Below the pieces are notes generated by a model. The model had not been told where the DNA came from and searched no databases. It saw only the letters and a program-made list of their open reading frames with translations. Positions 49,566 through 58,857 of a stretch of DNA of 64,000 bases are shown piece by piece (within the stretch, counting starts at the first letter, position 1; each line of letters starts with the position of its first letter). This DNA is from Armatimonadota bacterium (GTDB lineage Bacteria; Armatimonadota; SYMT01): the NCBI GenBank assembly GCA_046292385.1, contig JBKBRF010000011.1:83822-147821 (forward strand). The letters are read 5' to 3'. A program made the translations under genes and the position numbers.

Positions 49566-50324
49566 CTAAAGCGAGAGACCCCCGTCGATCATGATGTGGT
49601 TGCCGGTCATGTAGCCGCTCTCGTCCGAGGCGAGGTAGAGCGCCAGCGCCGCGATCTCTTCCGCCGTGCCGAGCCGCCCCATCGGCTGCCGCGCGATGAA
49701 CTGCGAAAGTGCGGTCTCGTAGTCGCCCGTGGCCCGCAGCCGTCCCTGCAGCGACGGGGTATCGACCGTCCCGGGGCAGATCGCGTTGATCCGGATTCCC
49801 TCGGTGATGAAGTCGAGCGCCACGCTCTTGACGAGGCCGACTACCGCCATCTTACTGGCGGAATACGCCGCCCGGTTCTTCACGCCGACCACTCCGGCCA
49901 CGCTCGCGGTGCAGACGATCGAGCCGCCGCCGCCCTGCCGCATCGCGGGGATCGCGTGTCGGCACGCCAGGAAGACACTCTTCGCGTTCACCGTCATCGC
50001 GCGGTCCCACTCCTCCTCGGAGCAGTCCAGCACGGTGCCCCCCGGGACGATTCCGGCGTTGGCGTAGAAGACGTCGAGCCTGCCGTAGCGCTCGACCGTG
50101 TCCGCGACCAGCCGCTCCACGTCGGAGCTACTCGCGGCGTCCGCACGGATAAAACAGGATTCACCGCCCACTTCCCGCACCAGGCGCACCGTTTCTTCGG
50201 TGGTCGCCGGGTCGAGATCGGAGCAGACCACGGTGGCCCCCTCCTGCGCGAAGAGAAGTGAGGAGGCCCGCCCGATGCCGGCTCCCGCTCCGGTGATGAT
50301 CGCTACCTTGTTCGACAGTCGCAT
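49566..50324 (-). CDS. Short-chain dehydrogenase/reductase
   Basis: TGAGAGIG, ANAG, YSASK, CPGTVDTP, PMGRLG. Confidence 0.95.
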   Translation of the reverse strand: MRLSNKVAIITGAGAGIGRASSLLFAQEGATVVCSDLDPATTEETVRLVREVGGESCFIRADAASSSDVERLVADTVERYGRLDVFYANAGIVPGGTVLDCSEEEWDRAMTVNAKSVFLACRHAIPAMRQGGGGSIVCTASVAGVVGVKNRAAYSASKMAVVGLVKSVALDFITEGIRINAICPGTVDTPSLQGRLRATGDYETALSQFIARQPMGRLGTAEEIAALALYLASDESGYMTGNHIMIDGGLSL

Positions 50325-50491
50325 TCTCGTATCCCAGCTCCGGTGAAATCGGCGCCGCGCCCGGACTCCGGTCCGTGCTCGCCGCACGGCCATCCTTCCC
50401 GTTGTAGCCGATGTCTGCCGCTTGCGGCACAAGCAAAGGTGCGACACGGCGCGCGTCGAACTGCACCGGGAGGCACCCCGGAGTCAAGAGC

Positions 50492-52933
50492 ATGTCCAGT
50501 ACCGACCGTCAGCATCTCATTCTCTCCTCGCTCGCCGCCGTCGCGGCGCTGGGGTCCGCCGCCTCCGGGGTGCACGCCCAGGGCGCTTCCAGCTACCGGA
50601 AGCCGCCGCCGGAGATTCAGCGGATTCTCGACGTCCCGCCCACGCCGGTCGTCAGCCTCAGTCCCACCCGCGACCGCATGGCGCTCTCCCAGGGGGTGCG
50701 GTATCCGCCGCTCGCGGACCTGGCCCAGCCGATGCTGCGCCTGGCCGGCAGCCGGATCAACCCGGACACGAACGGGCCGCACGCCGCGGCGCGGTACGTC
50801 AGCCTCTCGATTCGAGACATCGCCACCGGTGCGGAGCGGCAGGTCCGCATCCCGGGTGATCCGTACCTCGGCCGGCCGGACTGGTCGCCGGACGGCTCCC
50901 GCCTCGCCTTCACGCAGACGCTGCCGGACCGGATCGAGCTCTGGATCGCGGAAGCCGCCACCGGGACGGCCAAGCCGGTGGCGGGGCTGCGGGTGAACGA
51001 CACCGTGGGCCCGGCGTTCCAGTGGATGCCGGACAGCCGCAGCCTGCTCGTCACCGCCGTCCCCGCGGGCCGCGGCGCGCCGCCCGCTCCGCCCAAGGTG
51101 CCGGCCGGCCCCAACATCCAGGAGAGCAGCGGACGCACCGCGCCGGTGCGGACCTACCAGGACCTGCTGGAGACCCCGCACGATGCCGCGGTGTTCGACT
51201 ACTACGCCACGGCGCAGCTCACGCTGGTCGACGCCGCGAGCGGAAAGCTGACGCCGGTCGGACAGCCGGGGGTCTACTCCAGCGTCGATCCGTCGCCGGA
51301 CGGCCTGCACCTGCTGGTCTCCCGCGTGGTGAAGCCGTACAGCTACCTGCTCCCCGCCTGGGGCTTCCCCGCGCACGTCGAGGTCTGGAGTCGCGACGGG
51401 AAGCTGGAACACACCGCCGCGAAGCAGCCCTCCTCCGAAGGCGTGCCGATCGGCGGCGTGCTGACCGGGCCGCGGAGCCACCGGTGGGTGCCGACCGCAC
51501 CCGCGACCCTGCTCTGGGCGGAGGCGCAGGACGAGGGAGACCCGAAGAAGAAGGTCGCTCACCGGGACCTCGTGTGGATGCACGCGTTCCCGTTCCAGGG
51601 GGAGCCGCGCGAGCTCTACCGCACGGAGCACCGGTTTACCGGCGCGAGCTGGCTGGAAGGCGGAGACGAGACGCTGGTCCGCGAATTCGACCGCGACCGC
51701 CGCTGGACCCGGACCTGGCTCGTCTCCGTCGACGGCCGGCCGGAGCCGAAGCTGCTCTGGGACCGCTCCACGCAGGACCAGTACGGCGATCCCGGCTCGC
51801 CGGTGATGAAGTCGCTGCCGAACGGGCAGCGGGTCGTCCTCCGCAGCGGAAGCTCCCTGCTGCTCTCCGGCGAAGGCAGCTCTCCGGAAGGAGCACGGCC
51901 GTTCCTGGACCGGTTCGATCTCGCCACCGGCAAGGCCGAGCGGCTCTTCCACGCGGCGCCGAGCACCTACGAGTCGGTCGTCGCGCTACTGGCCGACGAC
52001 GGCTCCCGGTTCATTACCCGCCACGAGACGCTCACGGAACCGCCGAACTACTTCTTACGAGCCGGGATGGACCCGAAGCGAGCCCTCACCGACTTCCCGG
52101 ACCCGGCGCCGCAGCTCCGCGGCGTCAAGAAGCAGCTCGTCACCTACGCCCGTCCGGACGGCGTGCCGCTCTCGTTCACGCTCTACCTGCCGCCGGGCTA
52201 CCGCGAGGGGCAGCGGCTGCCGACCGTGGTCTGGGCCTACCCGCGGGAGTACACCGATCCCAGTACCGCCGGTCAGGTCTCCGGCTCGCCGTACCGGTTC
52301 ACCACGCTCACCGGAACGTCGCACCTGTTCTTCCTGCTGCAGGGCTACGCCGTGCTCGACAACACCGCCATGCCGGTGGTCGGACCGGTGGAGACGGCGA
52401 ACGATACGTTCGTCGAGCAGATCGTCGCCAGCGCGAAGGCGGCGATCGACAAGGCGGTGGAGCTGGGCGTAACCGATCCGCAGCGGGTCGGCGTGGGCGG
52501 GCACAGCTACGGCGCTTTCATGACGGCCAACCTGCTCGCGCACTCGGACCTCTTCCGCGCCGGCATCGCCCGGAGCGGCGCCTACAACCGCTCGCTCACG
52601 CCGTTTGGTTTTCAGAGCGAGCAGCGCACGCTGTGGGAAGCGCCGGAGATCTATCAGCAGCTCTCCCCGTTCAACTACGCCCACCGGATCGAGGAGCCGC
52701 TCCTGCTGATCCACGGCGAAGCCGACAACAACCCGGGCACCTTCCCGGTCCAGAGCGAGCGGATGTTCCACGCGATCAAGGGGAACGGCGGCACCGTCCG
52801 CTACGTCACGCTGCCGCACGAGAGCCACGGCTACAGCGCGCGGGAGTCGGTGGAGCACACGCTGGCGGAGATGATCGACTGGTTCGACCGTCACGTCAAG
52901 AACGCCCCCGCGACGGCGGGAGAGCGGCCCTAG
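50492..52933 (+). CDS. S9-family (prolyl oligopeptidase-like) peptidase, exported
   Basis: GGHSYGAFM nucleophile, ARSGAYNR, HGEADNN, ESHGY; N-terminal propeller. Confidence 0.93.
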   Translation: MSSTDRQHLILSSLAAVAALGSAASGVHAQGASSYRKPPPEIQRILDVPPTPVVSLSPTRDRMALSQGVRYPPLADLAQPMLRLAGSRINPDTNGPHAAARYVSLSIRDIATGAERQVRIPGDPYLGRPDWSPDGSRLAFTQTLPDRIELWIAEAATGTAKPVAGLRVNDTVGPAFQWMPDSRSLLVTAVPAGRGAPPAPPKVPAGPNIQESSGRTAPVRTYQDLLETPHDAAVFDYYATAQLTLVDAASGKLTPVGQPGVYSSVDPSPDGLHLLVSRVVKPYSYLLPAWGFPAHVEVWSRDGKLEHTAAKQPSSEGVPIGGVLTGPRSHRWVPTAPATLLWAEAQDEGDPKKKVAHRDLVWMHAFPFQGEPRELYRTEHRFTGASWLEGGDETLVREFDRDRRWTRTWLVSVDGRPEPKLLWDRSTQDQYGDPGSPVMKSLPNGQRVVLRSGSSLLLSGEGSSPEGARPFLDRFDLATGKAERLFHAAPSTYESVVALLADDGSRFITRHETLTEPPNYFLRAGMDPKRALTDFPDPAPQLRGVKKQLVTYARPDGVPLSFTLYLPPGYREGQRLPTVVWAYPREYTDPSTAGQVSGSPYRFTTLTGTSHLFFLLQGYAVLDNTAMPVVGPVETANDTFVEQIVASAKAAIDKAVELGVTDPQRVGVGGHSYGAFMTANLLAHSDLFRAGIARSGAYNRSLTPFGFQSEQRTLWEAPEIYQQLSPFNYAHRIEEPLLLIHGEADNNPGTFPVQSERMFHAIKGNGGTVRYVTLPHESHGYSARESVEHTLAEMIDWFDRHVKNAPATAGERP

Positions 52934-52951
52934 AGTGTGAGGGGGGAGGAA

Positions 52952-53345
52952 TTACTGATCCGGCGAGGTCAGGACCTGAAGTCCGGGAATGACGCGGAAA
53001 TGCGCCGCATTGTGAGTCACCAGGGGCAGATCGAAGGTGAGCGCCACAGCCGCGATCCAGGCGTCCTGGCGCTCGATGAGCCTGGCCCAGTTCTCGACGA
53101 TGTCCGGGGCGGAGTGGACGACGATGTAATCCCGTAGGAACTCCTTCAGTCGAGCGCGGCGAGCAGGCCCCCACCGGCGGTGTTCCACCCGGTACTGGAG
53201 CTCACCCACCACGACGAAAGGAAGGTAGACCGTGCGACCGGCAGTGAGGACGTGGTAGCGCGGGGCACGTACCGGGTCTTGGTCAAAGAGGAAGGAAGTG
53301 ACGTCGGTATCGAGGACTACCGGAGCGAAAAGGGGACCCGATCAT
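52952..53345 (-). pseudogene. Degenerate PIN-domain (VapC) toxin
   Basis: VVLDTDVTS..VVGEL..DAWIAA.AL...LVTHN..HF; the coupled ATG (53345) is out of frame with the PIN domain and the segment before DAWIAA looks shortened. Confidence 0.75.
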
Positions 53346-53644
53346 CCGCCCGCGGCTCTGTCGGCGTCCTCGGCCGGCTCCTCGTCGGAAGACCCGCGGA
53401 GGTAACGAGCAGTCTCGGCGGCGATGCTTGCCTGGCGTTCCAATTCCCTCTGCCGCAGGAACTCTTCAGTCTCCGCTAACTCCTCGGGCGTGGCCGGTGG
53501 CGCAGTCCGCATCCACCGTTCGTAGTCGAACGGCGCACGCCCGTCGGCAAGTCGCGCAACCTCTTCGCGCGAGCGCCGGACGTATCGCACTTCCCCGTCT
53601 TCCGTCTCTTCGACGGCGGCCGTGTCAGTCGGATTATTGCCCAT
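53342..53644 (-). CDS. Putative antitoxin
   Basis: Small acidic ORF with AGGAGG RBS; ATGA overlap with the PIN gene. Confidence 0.65.
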   Translation of the reverse strand: MGNNPTDTAAVEETEDGEVRYVRRSREEVARLADGRAPFDYERWMRTAPPATPEELAETEEFLRQRELERQASIAAETARYLRGSSDEEPAEDADRAAGG

Positions 53645-53920
53645 TCACCGCCTCCTTCCTCTGCCACTTCCCCCACAGTATAGGCCGTCTGAAGCGAGCA
53701 GTCGAGCCTCTCGCGCCAGCGACACTTTGGTGTATCGATAGTATGGCGCTCTCGCCGCTGGACGAGCAGGCCATGCCAGACGGGGCCGCCGGGCCGGACG
53801 CACCAGCCCGGCGGCGCGGCGAAGCTCCAAGGGTTCTCCGCAGACATCACTACTTCCGATCCGGAGCGCGCGCCATCGCACGCTCCTTGCGTATCCATCC
53901 CTGTCGAATTCGGCTTCAAC

Positions 53921-54157
53921 TCACCGTCCGCAGGTCGCCACTTCCCGCAGCGTCACGCTGCCGCCGGCGTGGCGCTCCAGCTCCCAGTCGTCCAGCTCTT
54001 GCGGGGGAGCCGCCAGGTAGCCGGCCAGCGCCGTCTTTAGGGCCCGCTCGTCCGCGCCCGCCGTTACGTTCAGCTCCCGCAGTGGGATGTCGAAGCCGCA
54101 GCCGGAGAGCCGGACCCGCACCACGCCTCCCGGCGCCGCCATCTTGCTCGTCATCAT
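53921..54157 (-). CDS. Small hypothetical protein
   Basis: GGAGG RBS then ATG; 78 aa with VRVRLSG..FDIPL..ALKTALAGYL..LERH..GSVTLR. Confidence 0.6.
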   Translation of the reverse strand: MMTSKMAAPGGVVRVRLSGCGFDIPLRELNVTAGADERALKTALAGYLAAPPQELDDWELERHAGGSVTLREVATCGR

Positions 54158-54175
54158 CTCTCCACCTCCGGGCAC

Positions 54176-54215
54176 AACAACAAAAAGCCCCGAGGTCCGG
54201 CGGACCTCAGGGCTT
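54176..54215 (-). terminator. Intrinsic terminator of the upstream ncRNA
   Basis: AAGCCCTGAGGTCCG..GGACCTCGGGGCTT hairpin followed by TTTGTTGTTGT. Confidence 0.8.
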
Positions 54216-54241
54216 CCAAAGAGAGTTCGGGGGCGAAGTTA

Positions 54242-54431
54242 CCCCAGGGGTCCGCGTATAGGTGTGAACGTGCGCCCGCTGAATCGCGCGCAGAGGCTCC
54301 AATCATGCTGGACGGAGAGACACATCTCGCCGCCGCACGGTATGGTGCGCTGGCCCGATTTCAGGTTCAACACTAAGGTCTTCATCATTCCACCCAAACC
54401 CTGGGGATCCCGCCAATGCCATCCGGGATCA
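54242..54431 (-). ncRNA. 6S RNA-like rod-shaped RNA
   Basis: Own promoter and terminator; nested pairings CCCCAGGG/CCCTGGGG, TGGGTG/CACCTA, GAATG/CGTTC, GTTGAA/TTCAGC; about 165-190 nt; G-U pairs favour the minus strand. Confidence 0.6.
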
Positions 54432-54437
54432 AGGGTC

Positions 54438-54465
54438 ATTATACGGACGCTCAGCGGGCTGTCAA
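54438..54465 (-). promoter_or_regulatory. Consensus sigma70 promoter
   Basis: TTGACA-16 bp-TATAAT. Confidence 0.85.
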
Positions 54466-54562
54466 GCTCCCATTTCTCCGCCGGAGCCGGCACTGTGGAC
54501 GGGGCGGACGCCCGCTTGTGGGGCCGGCGAGGGCCGCGCGCGCGGGCGGGAGCGGCCTGCGC

Positions 54563-57091
54563 TTAGGCAGCGCGGCGGAGGCCGGCCACCAGTCCGGCCA
54601 GGAGTACCGCCAGCGCCGCGCAGGCGGCAAAGAGGCCCACGCGGTAGCTTGCCGGTTGGAAGCTCCATTCCACCGTCACGGGCCCGGGCGGCACCATCAC
54701 CCCCTGGAACGCCACGTTCGCCCGGAGCACTCGCGCCGGCCGGGTAGCCGCCCCCTCCGGGTGAATCACCGCGCGCCAGCCGGGATGGTAGCCTTCCGCC
54801 AGCACCAGCAGTCCACCCTGCGGGGAGTTGGCGCGCGTGACGATCCGGCCAGGGCGGCGGCGGGTGATCTCCGCGGTTCCGGCGCCGCTTTCGCTGGGCG
54901 CCACCGGACTGCGCTCGGGAAGATCGGGCGCGGGCGCCACGAGCGCCGTCGGAGTACCGGCCCCCGGCGCAGGGCTGGCGAGCTGCCGCAGGCCCTCGTC
55001 GTCCGGTGCGATGAACCAGTCGGTGGTGAGGTACGCCTCCGGCAGCGAGCCCACGAGGGCGGCGGCGTGCGGCGGGGCCGGCGGGAACCCGTCGGGGAGC
55101 GGCCCGGCGATCTGCTCCGCGGCGACGGCGTGCGCGGCCCCGAGGAACCGGAAGAGCGGCGACCGGAGGCTCTTCACGAAGACGATGTTCCCGTTCTCTT
55201 CCGGGCTGGCATTGTTCTCTGGAGAGAGGGCATTCATCAGCCGCCGGTAGTGCGCCATATAGAGCGAGTCGTAGCCCTGGACGTCGCGCCAGCCATAGAC
55301 CATGGAGGCATTTGGCGGCAGCAGCGCCCGGGGCACCTGGAAGAGGTCCCAGTCGCCCGTCATCGTGGCGGCGCGACCCGGCGAGCTCCGGAGGGCGCTG
55401 GTGATGGCGGTCGGCGGATAGAGCTGCTGCGGGAGGGCGGTGAGGTTGTAATCACCGCCCAGGAAGAGCAGCGTTCCCGCGATCACGACGGCCGCGGCAG
55501 CCCCCGCGCCCGCCGCTCGCTGGCGCGGCGCGTTCTCCCGCAATAGCCAGGCGAAGAGTGCGACACCCATCGCCACCCCGGCGGCGGAGACGAAGGCGAG
55601 CCCCAGCGCGGGCACGCCGGTCTGGCTCCAGAGCTGCTCCGCCGCCGCGGCATGGGATGCGGGAAGACTGGCGAGCGCCAGCCGGTCGAGGAGCAGCAGC
55701 AGCGCCGCGGTCGCGCCGACCCCTGCTCCCAGCGGCGCGAGGACCGCCGTCCAGCGCTCCTCCGCTCTCCGGAGCAGCCACTCCAGTCCGAGCCCCGCCA
55801 GCATCGCCTGCGCCAGCGTGAAGAGCACCAGTACCCGCGCGGGGGAGCCGGACTGCGCAAAGCCGGGAACGTAGAAGTAGAGGAGCCGCGTGAGCGGCGT
55901 CCCCGCGGCGAGCAGGAGCGCCACCACCGCCATCAGCGCAAAGAGCCAGGCGCGGCAGGTGAGCCGTGAGCCGCGGGCGAGGCCGATCAAGACCAGCACG
56001 AAGGCGCCGGCGCTGACGTGCCCGGCGTACTCCATCACGTTCGGCGCCCCGTAATTCCAGAGACCCCAGAAGCTGCCGCGCACCGGCAGCCCGTAGTAAT
56101 CGGGTGCCAGGAGCGTCACCCAGTTGCGCATCGGCAGCGCGAAGGCGGAGTAGGCGGCGAAGCCGGTCTCCGAGGGGCTTCCCGCCCGGTGGGACATGCG
56201 GCTCAGCTCGAGAGACGGCAGCATCTGCGGCGCGGCCAGCGCCAGGCCCAGCCCCACCACCGCCGCGCCGAACAGGACCGACCGCTGCAGGACCGCGCGC
56301 TGCGCGGCCGGATGCTCCTTCACCGCCGCGCCGGTCTCCCACGCCCAGAGCATCGCGGCGGCCAGCAGCCCGTAGAAGGCGACCTGCAGGTGCCCCGAGA
56401 GGAGCATCATTCCAGCCGCGGCACCGCCGGCCAGGCACCACGACCCGCGCTGCTCCCGCACCGCCTTCCTCAAGCCCAGCAGCACGAACGGGATCCAGCA
56501 GGTGACGGCGATGAAGCTCGGAAGCTCCAGCCACGCCACCGAAAAGCCTGAGAGCTGGTAGGCGACACCGGCGACCAGCGCCGCCCACGGCCGCGCTCCG
56601 AGGTCGCGGGAGAGCAGGAAGGCACCCAGGCCGGCGAGCGAGAGGTGGAGCCAGGCGAGCCAGGCCATGCGCGCGGCGACGCTGAGGTCGAGTGGCAGGT
56701 AGAAGAGGAGGTGGAGGGGGTAGAGCGGCGCAGACTGGCTGTTCGCCAGGAACGGCGTCCCGGAGAGCACGTGCGGGTTCCACAGCGGCACCCGGCCCGC
56801 GGCGCCCTCCCGCGCCAGGTGGACTCGCCACGGGTAGAACTCCGCCATCCCGTCCCACTGCAGCACGTTCCACTGCGGCAGCGCCTCCCGCGCCTCCGGC
56901 GGCAGGCCGAGGCTCCAGGGGAGGAAGCCGGAGAGGTAGTCGGCCGCGAGCAGCACGCGCCCGCCCAACAGCACGTCCCAGAGCAGGAAGAGCGCCAGCA
57001 GCGGGAAGACGAGCGGCAGCCAGCGGGAGACGCGCCCGCTCGGCTTGGAAGACGCCGGCTCCGGGGAGGCGTCGCGCGGTCCGGAGCTCAT
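54563..57091 (-). CDS. YfhO-like polytopic membrane protein (GT-C-type glycosyltransferase-like)
   Basis: FYPW, PLWNP...GTPFLAN.QSA.LYP, GHLQ, QMLPSLEL...S.R, QGYDS, YHPGW.A; ATGA overlap with the gtrA-like gene. Confidence 0.85.
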   Translation of the reverse strand: MSSGPRDASPEPASSKPSGRVSRWLPLVFPLLALFLLWDVLLGGRVLLAADYLSGFLPWSLGLPPEAREALPQWNVLQWDGMAEFYPWRVHLAREGAAGRVPLWNPHVLSGTPFLANSQSAPLYPLHLLFYLPLDLSVAARMAWLAWLHLSLAGLGAFLLSRDLGARPWAALVAGVAYQLSGFSVAWLELPSFIAVTCWIPFVLLGLRKAVREQRGSWCLAGGAAAGMMLLSGHLQVAFYGLLAAAMLWAWETGAAVKEHPAAQRAVLQRSVLFGAAVVGLGLALAAPQMLPSLELSRMSHRAGSPSETGFAAYSAFALPMRNWVTLLAPDYYGLPVRGSFWGLWNYGAPNVMEYAGHVSAGAFVLVLIGLARGSRLTCRAWLFALMAVVALLLAAGTPLTRLLYFYVPGFAQSGSPARVLVLFTLAQAMLAGLGLEWLLRRAEERWTAVLAPLGAGVGATAALLLLLDRLALASLPASHAAAAEQLWSQTGVPALGLAFVSAAGVAMGVALFAWLLRENAPRQRAAGAGAAAAVVIAGTLLFLGGDYNLTALPQQLYPPTAITSALRSSPGRAATMTGDWDLFQVPRALLPPNASMVYGWRDVQGYDSLYMAHYRRLMNALSPENNASPEENGNIVFVKSLRSPLFRFLGAAHAVAAEQIAGPLPDGFPPAPPHAAALVGSLPEAYLTTDWFIAPDDEGLRQLASPAPGAGTPTALVAPAPDLPERSPVAPSESGAGTAEITRRRPGRIVTRANSPQGGLLVLAEGYHPGWRAVIHPEGAATRPARVLRANVAFQGVMVPPGPVTVEWSFQPASYRVGLFAACAALAVLLAGLVAGLRRAA

Positions 57092-57636
57092 CCGTCGCTC
57101 GTCTTGAACGTCCAGAGCCGGTTGGCGTTGAAGTTCCAGAAGACGACCATCACCGCGGCGATCACGAATGCGAGCAGCGGCGTGAACTGGTGTCCTTTGG
57201 TAAGCGGGGTGAGCAGGCGGTTCGCGAGGAACAGGATACCCTGGTTCAGAACCAGGCCGATCACGTTCACCAGCACGAATTTGACGTACCTCTCTCGCGC
57301 GCCCCCGGCGCCCTTCATGCGGAAGGTCCAGAAGCTGTTCAGGAGGAAGCCGTTCGTCACGGCGACGAGGAACGCCACGAGCGCCGCCACCTGCACGTGA
57401 GCATCGAACGCGTCGATCAGGTAGACCAGTGCGGGGCTGTCGGCGAGCCAGCGGCGCAGCACCTGCTCCAGGCCGACTACGTAGAGCAGAAAGGAGAAGA
57501 TCGAGAGGCTGATCAGCGTGCTGCTCGCCCCGACGATGCAAAACTTCACGAACTGGCGCAGCTCGGGCTTCATTAAGGCGCGCTGCAGCGGCGCCGGCAG
57601 CTCTTCAACGGATCTCATGTCGGGTCGCAGTTTCAA
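57088..57636 (-). CDS. GtrA-family flippase-like protein
   Basis: QFVKFCIVG, N..WTF twice, four TM segments; start codon uncertain. Confidence 0.88.
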   Translation of the reverse strand: MKLRPDMRSVEELPAPLQRALMKPELRQFVKFCIVGASSTLISLSIFSFLLYVVGLEQVLRRWLADSPALVYLIDAFDAHVQVAALVAFLVAVTNGFLLNSFWTFRMKGAGGARERYVKFVLVNVIGLVLNQGILFLANRLLTPLTKGHQFTPLLAFVIAAVMVVFWNFNANRLWTFKTSDG

Positions 57637-57640
57637 GCGG

Positions 57641-58240
57641 TCAGCGCGGCAAAGTACCGGTGCGGGTAATGAGAGGGAAGCGGCCGCTCACGACGAAGCC
57701 CAGGCGGCTGTATAACTCGAAGGCGCGCTCGTTGTCCAGCGTCACCGCCAGGCTCACGCGGTCCAGCCCGGCTTCCCGGCAGCGCCAGAGACATTCCAGC
57801 AGCAGGGCCCGGCCGGTGCCGCCGCGGTGCTCCGGCGTCACCGCCAGGTTCCCGATGAAGGCCTCCCGGGGGCTCCGCAGCGAAGTCATGATGTCCCCGC
57901 AGACCCGGCCGTCCCGCAGGAGCAGCAGGGTGCGCGCGGGATCGAACCGGCCGAACTTTCCGTTGATCGCCTCGCGCCACATCCGCTCGCAGCCGTCGAC
58001 CGTGGAGAAGTACTGCCAGTAAAGACGTCCGTCCAGCGTTCCGCGATACGCCCGGTAGTCCGCTTCCGCCACTTCACGCAGGCGGCCCGGGTCCCACTCC
58101 ATTAACTCATACCCGGGAGGAAGGGAGGGTCGTTCCTGCAGGCGGCGCAGATCGAGCACCATTCCGGCGCGCCAGCGGCAAAGTAAGCCGAACCGCTCCA
58201 GGATATGAGCCACCCGCGGAAGGCGGAGGATGAGGAACAT
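57641..58240 (-). CDS. GNAT-family N-acetyltransferase
   Basis: LAVTPEHRGGTGRALL, V..DNERA.ELYSRLGF; start uncertain. Confidence 0.88.
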   Translation of the reverse strand: MFLILRLPRVAHILERFGLLCRWRAGMVLDLRRLQERPSLPPGYELMEWDPGRLREVAEADYRAYRGTLDGRLYWQYFSTVDGCERMWREAINGKFGRFDPARTLLLLRDGRVCGDIMTSLRSPREAFIGNLAVTPEHRGGTGRALLLECLWRCREAGLDRVSLAVTLDNERAFELYSRLGFVVSGRFPLITRTGTLPR

Positions 58241-58334
58241 GGCACCATTGCCCAGGCGCAGCCGGAGGCGGCCGCGGCGTCACTGCGGCAGCAAAGCGGC
58301 GACCGCCCGCTCCAGGTGCTACGTCCGCCCCATC

Positions 58335-58703
58335 CTACCGGAAATAGACTATATGCCGCAGCGCTTCAGCATGGGTCGGATCGACCGAGAGCACCGTCTC
58401 CAGCTCTGCCTTCGCCTCATCCACATACCCGAGCATCGAGTACGCAAGCGCCAGCTTCACTCGCGTGTCGAGATTTGCCGAGTCGAGGTTTACGGCCCGG
58501 CGCAGCATCTCGATCGATTCTTCGAACATGCCGGTGAAGTTCAGCACCAGGCCTAGCTCGCGGTAAGCATCCGGGTTTTCCGGGTCGGTGGCGAGCACGG
58601 ACCGAATCTCGGCTTCGGCCTCGTCGTAGCGTCCCTCGATCCGGTGGTGGATGCCCCGCTGGAGACGCTCGTCCACTGTTCGCTCCGTGACCTGCGGGCT
58701 CAT
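58335..58703 (-). CDS. Small TPR protein
   Basis: Three TPRs; AGGAGG RBS before the ATG at 58703. Confidence 0.85.
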   Translation of the reverse strand: MSPQVTERTVDERLQRGIHHRIEGRYDEAEAEIRSVLATDPENPDAYRELGLVLNFTGMFEESIEMLRRAVNLDSANLDTRVKLALAYSMLGYVDEAKAELETVLSVDPTHAEALRHIVYFR

Positions 58704-58857
58704 AGTGCGCCTCCTTTCTCGCTCTCCGCGGATTGCCCGTTCGGGCAGATGACTTCGACAAGAGCTTGATTGAGTTTGCGGAGGAACGAAGGCGCTATTC
58801 CTCAATTACGTTCGCAGGACAACCATTCCTTCGCAGGGTGGGCGATTCGCTGCGTTA

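Noticed and set aside
53342..53344. Sec readthrough fusing the antitoxin and the PIN toxin
   Set aside because: No Cys-equivalent is expected at this position, the downstream hairpin has an 8-nt loop unlike the selD SECIS, and the ATGA overlap explains the arrangement
53645..53919. Short ORFs between the antitoxin and the small protein
   Set aside because: No RBS or motif support; the region holds a TATACT -10 box likely serving the TA pair
54239..54493. 84-aa ORF over the ncRNA
   Set aside because: Starts upstream of the promoter, has atypical codon usage, and the region is better explained by RNA structure
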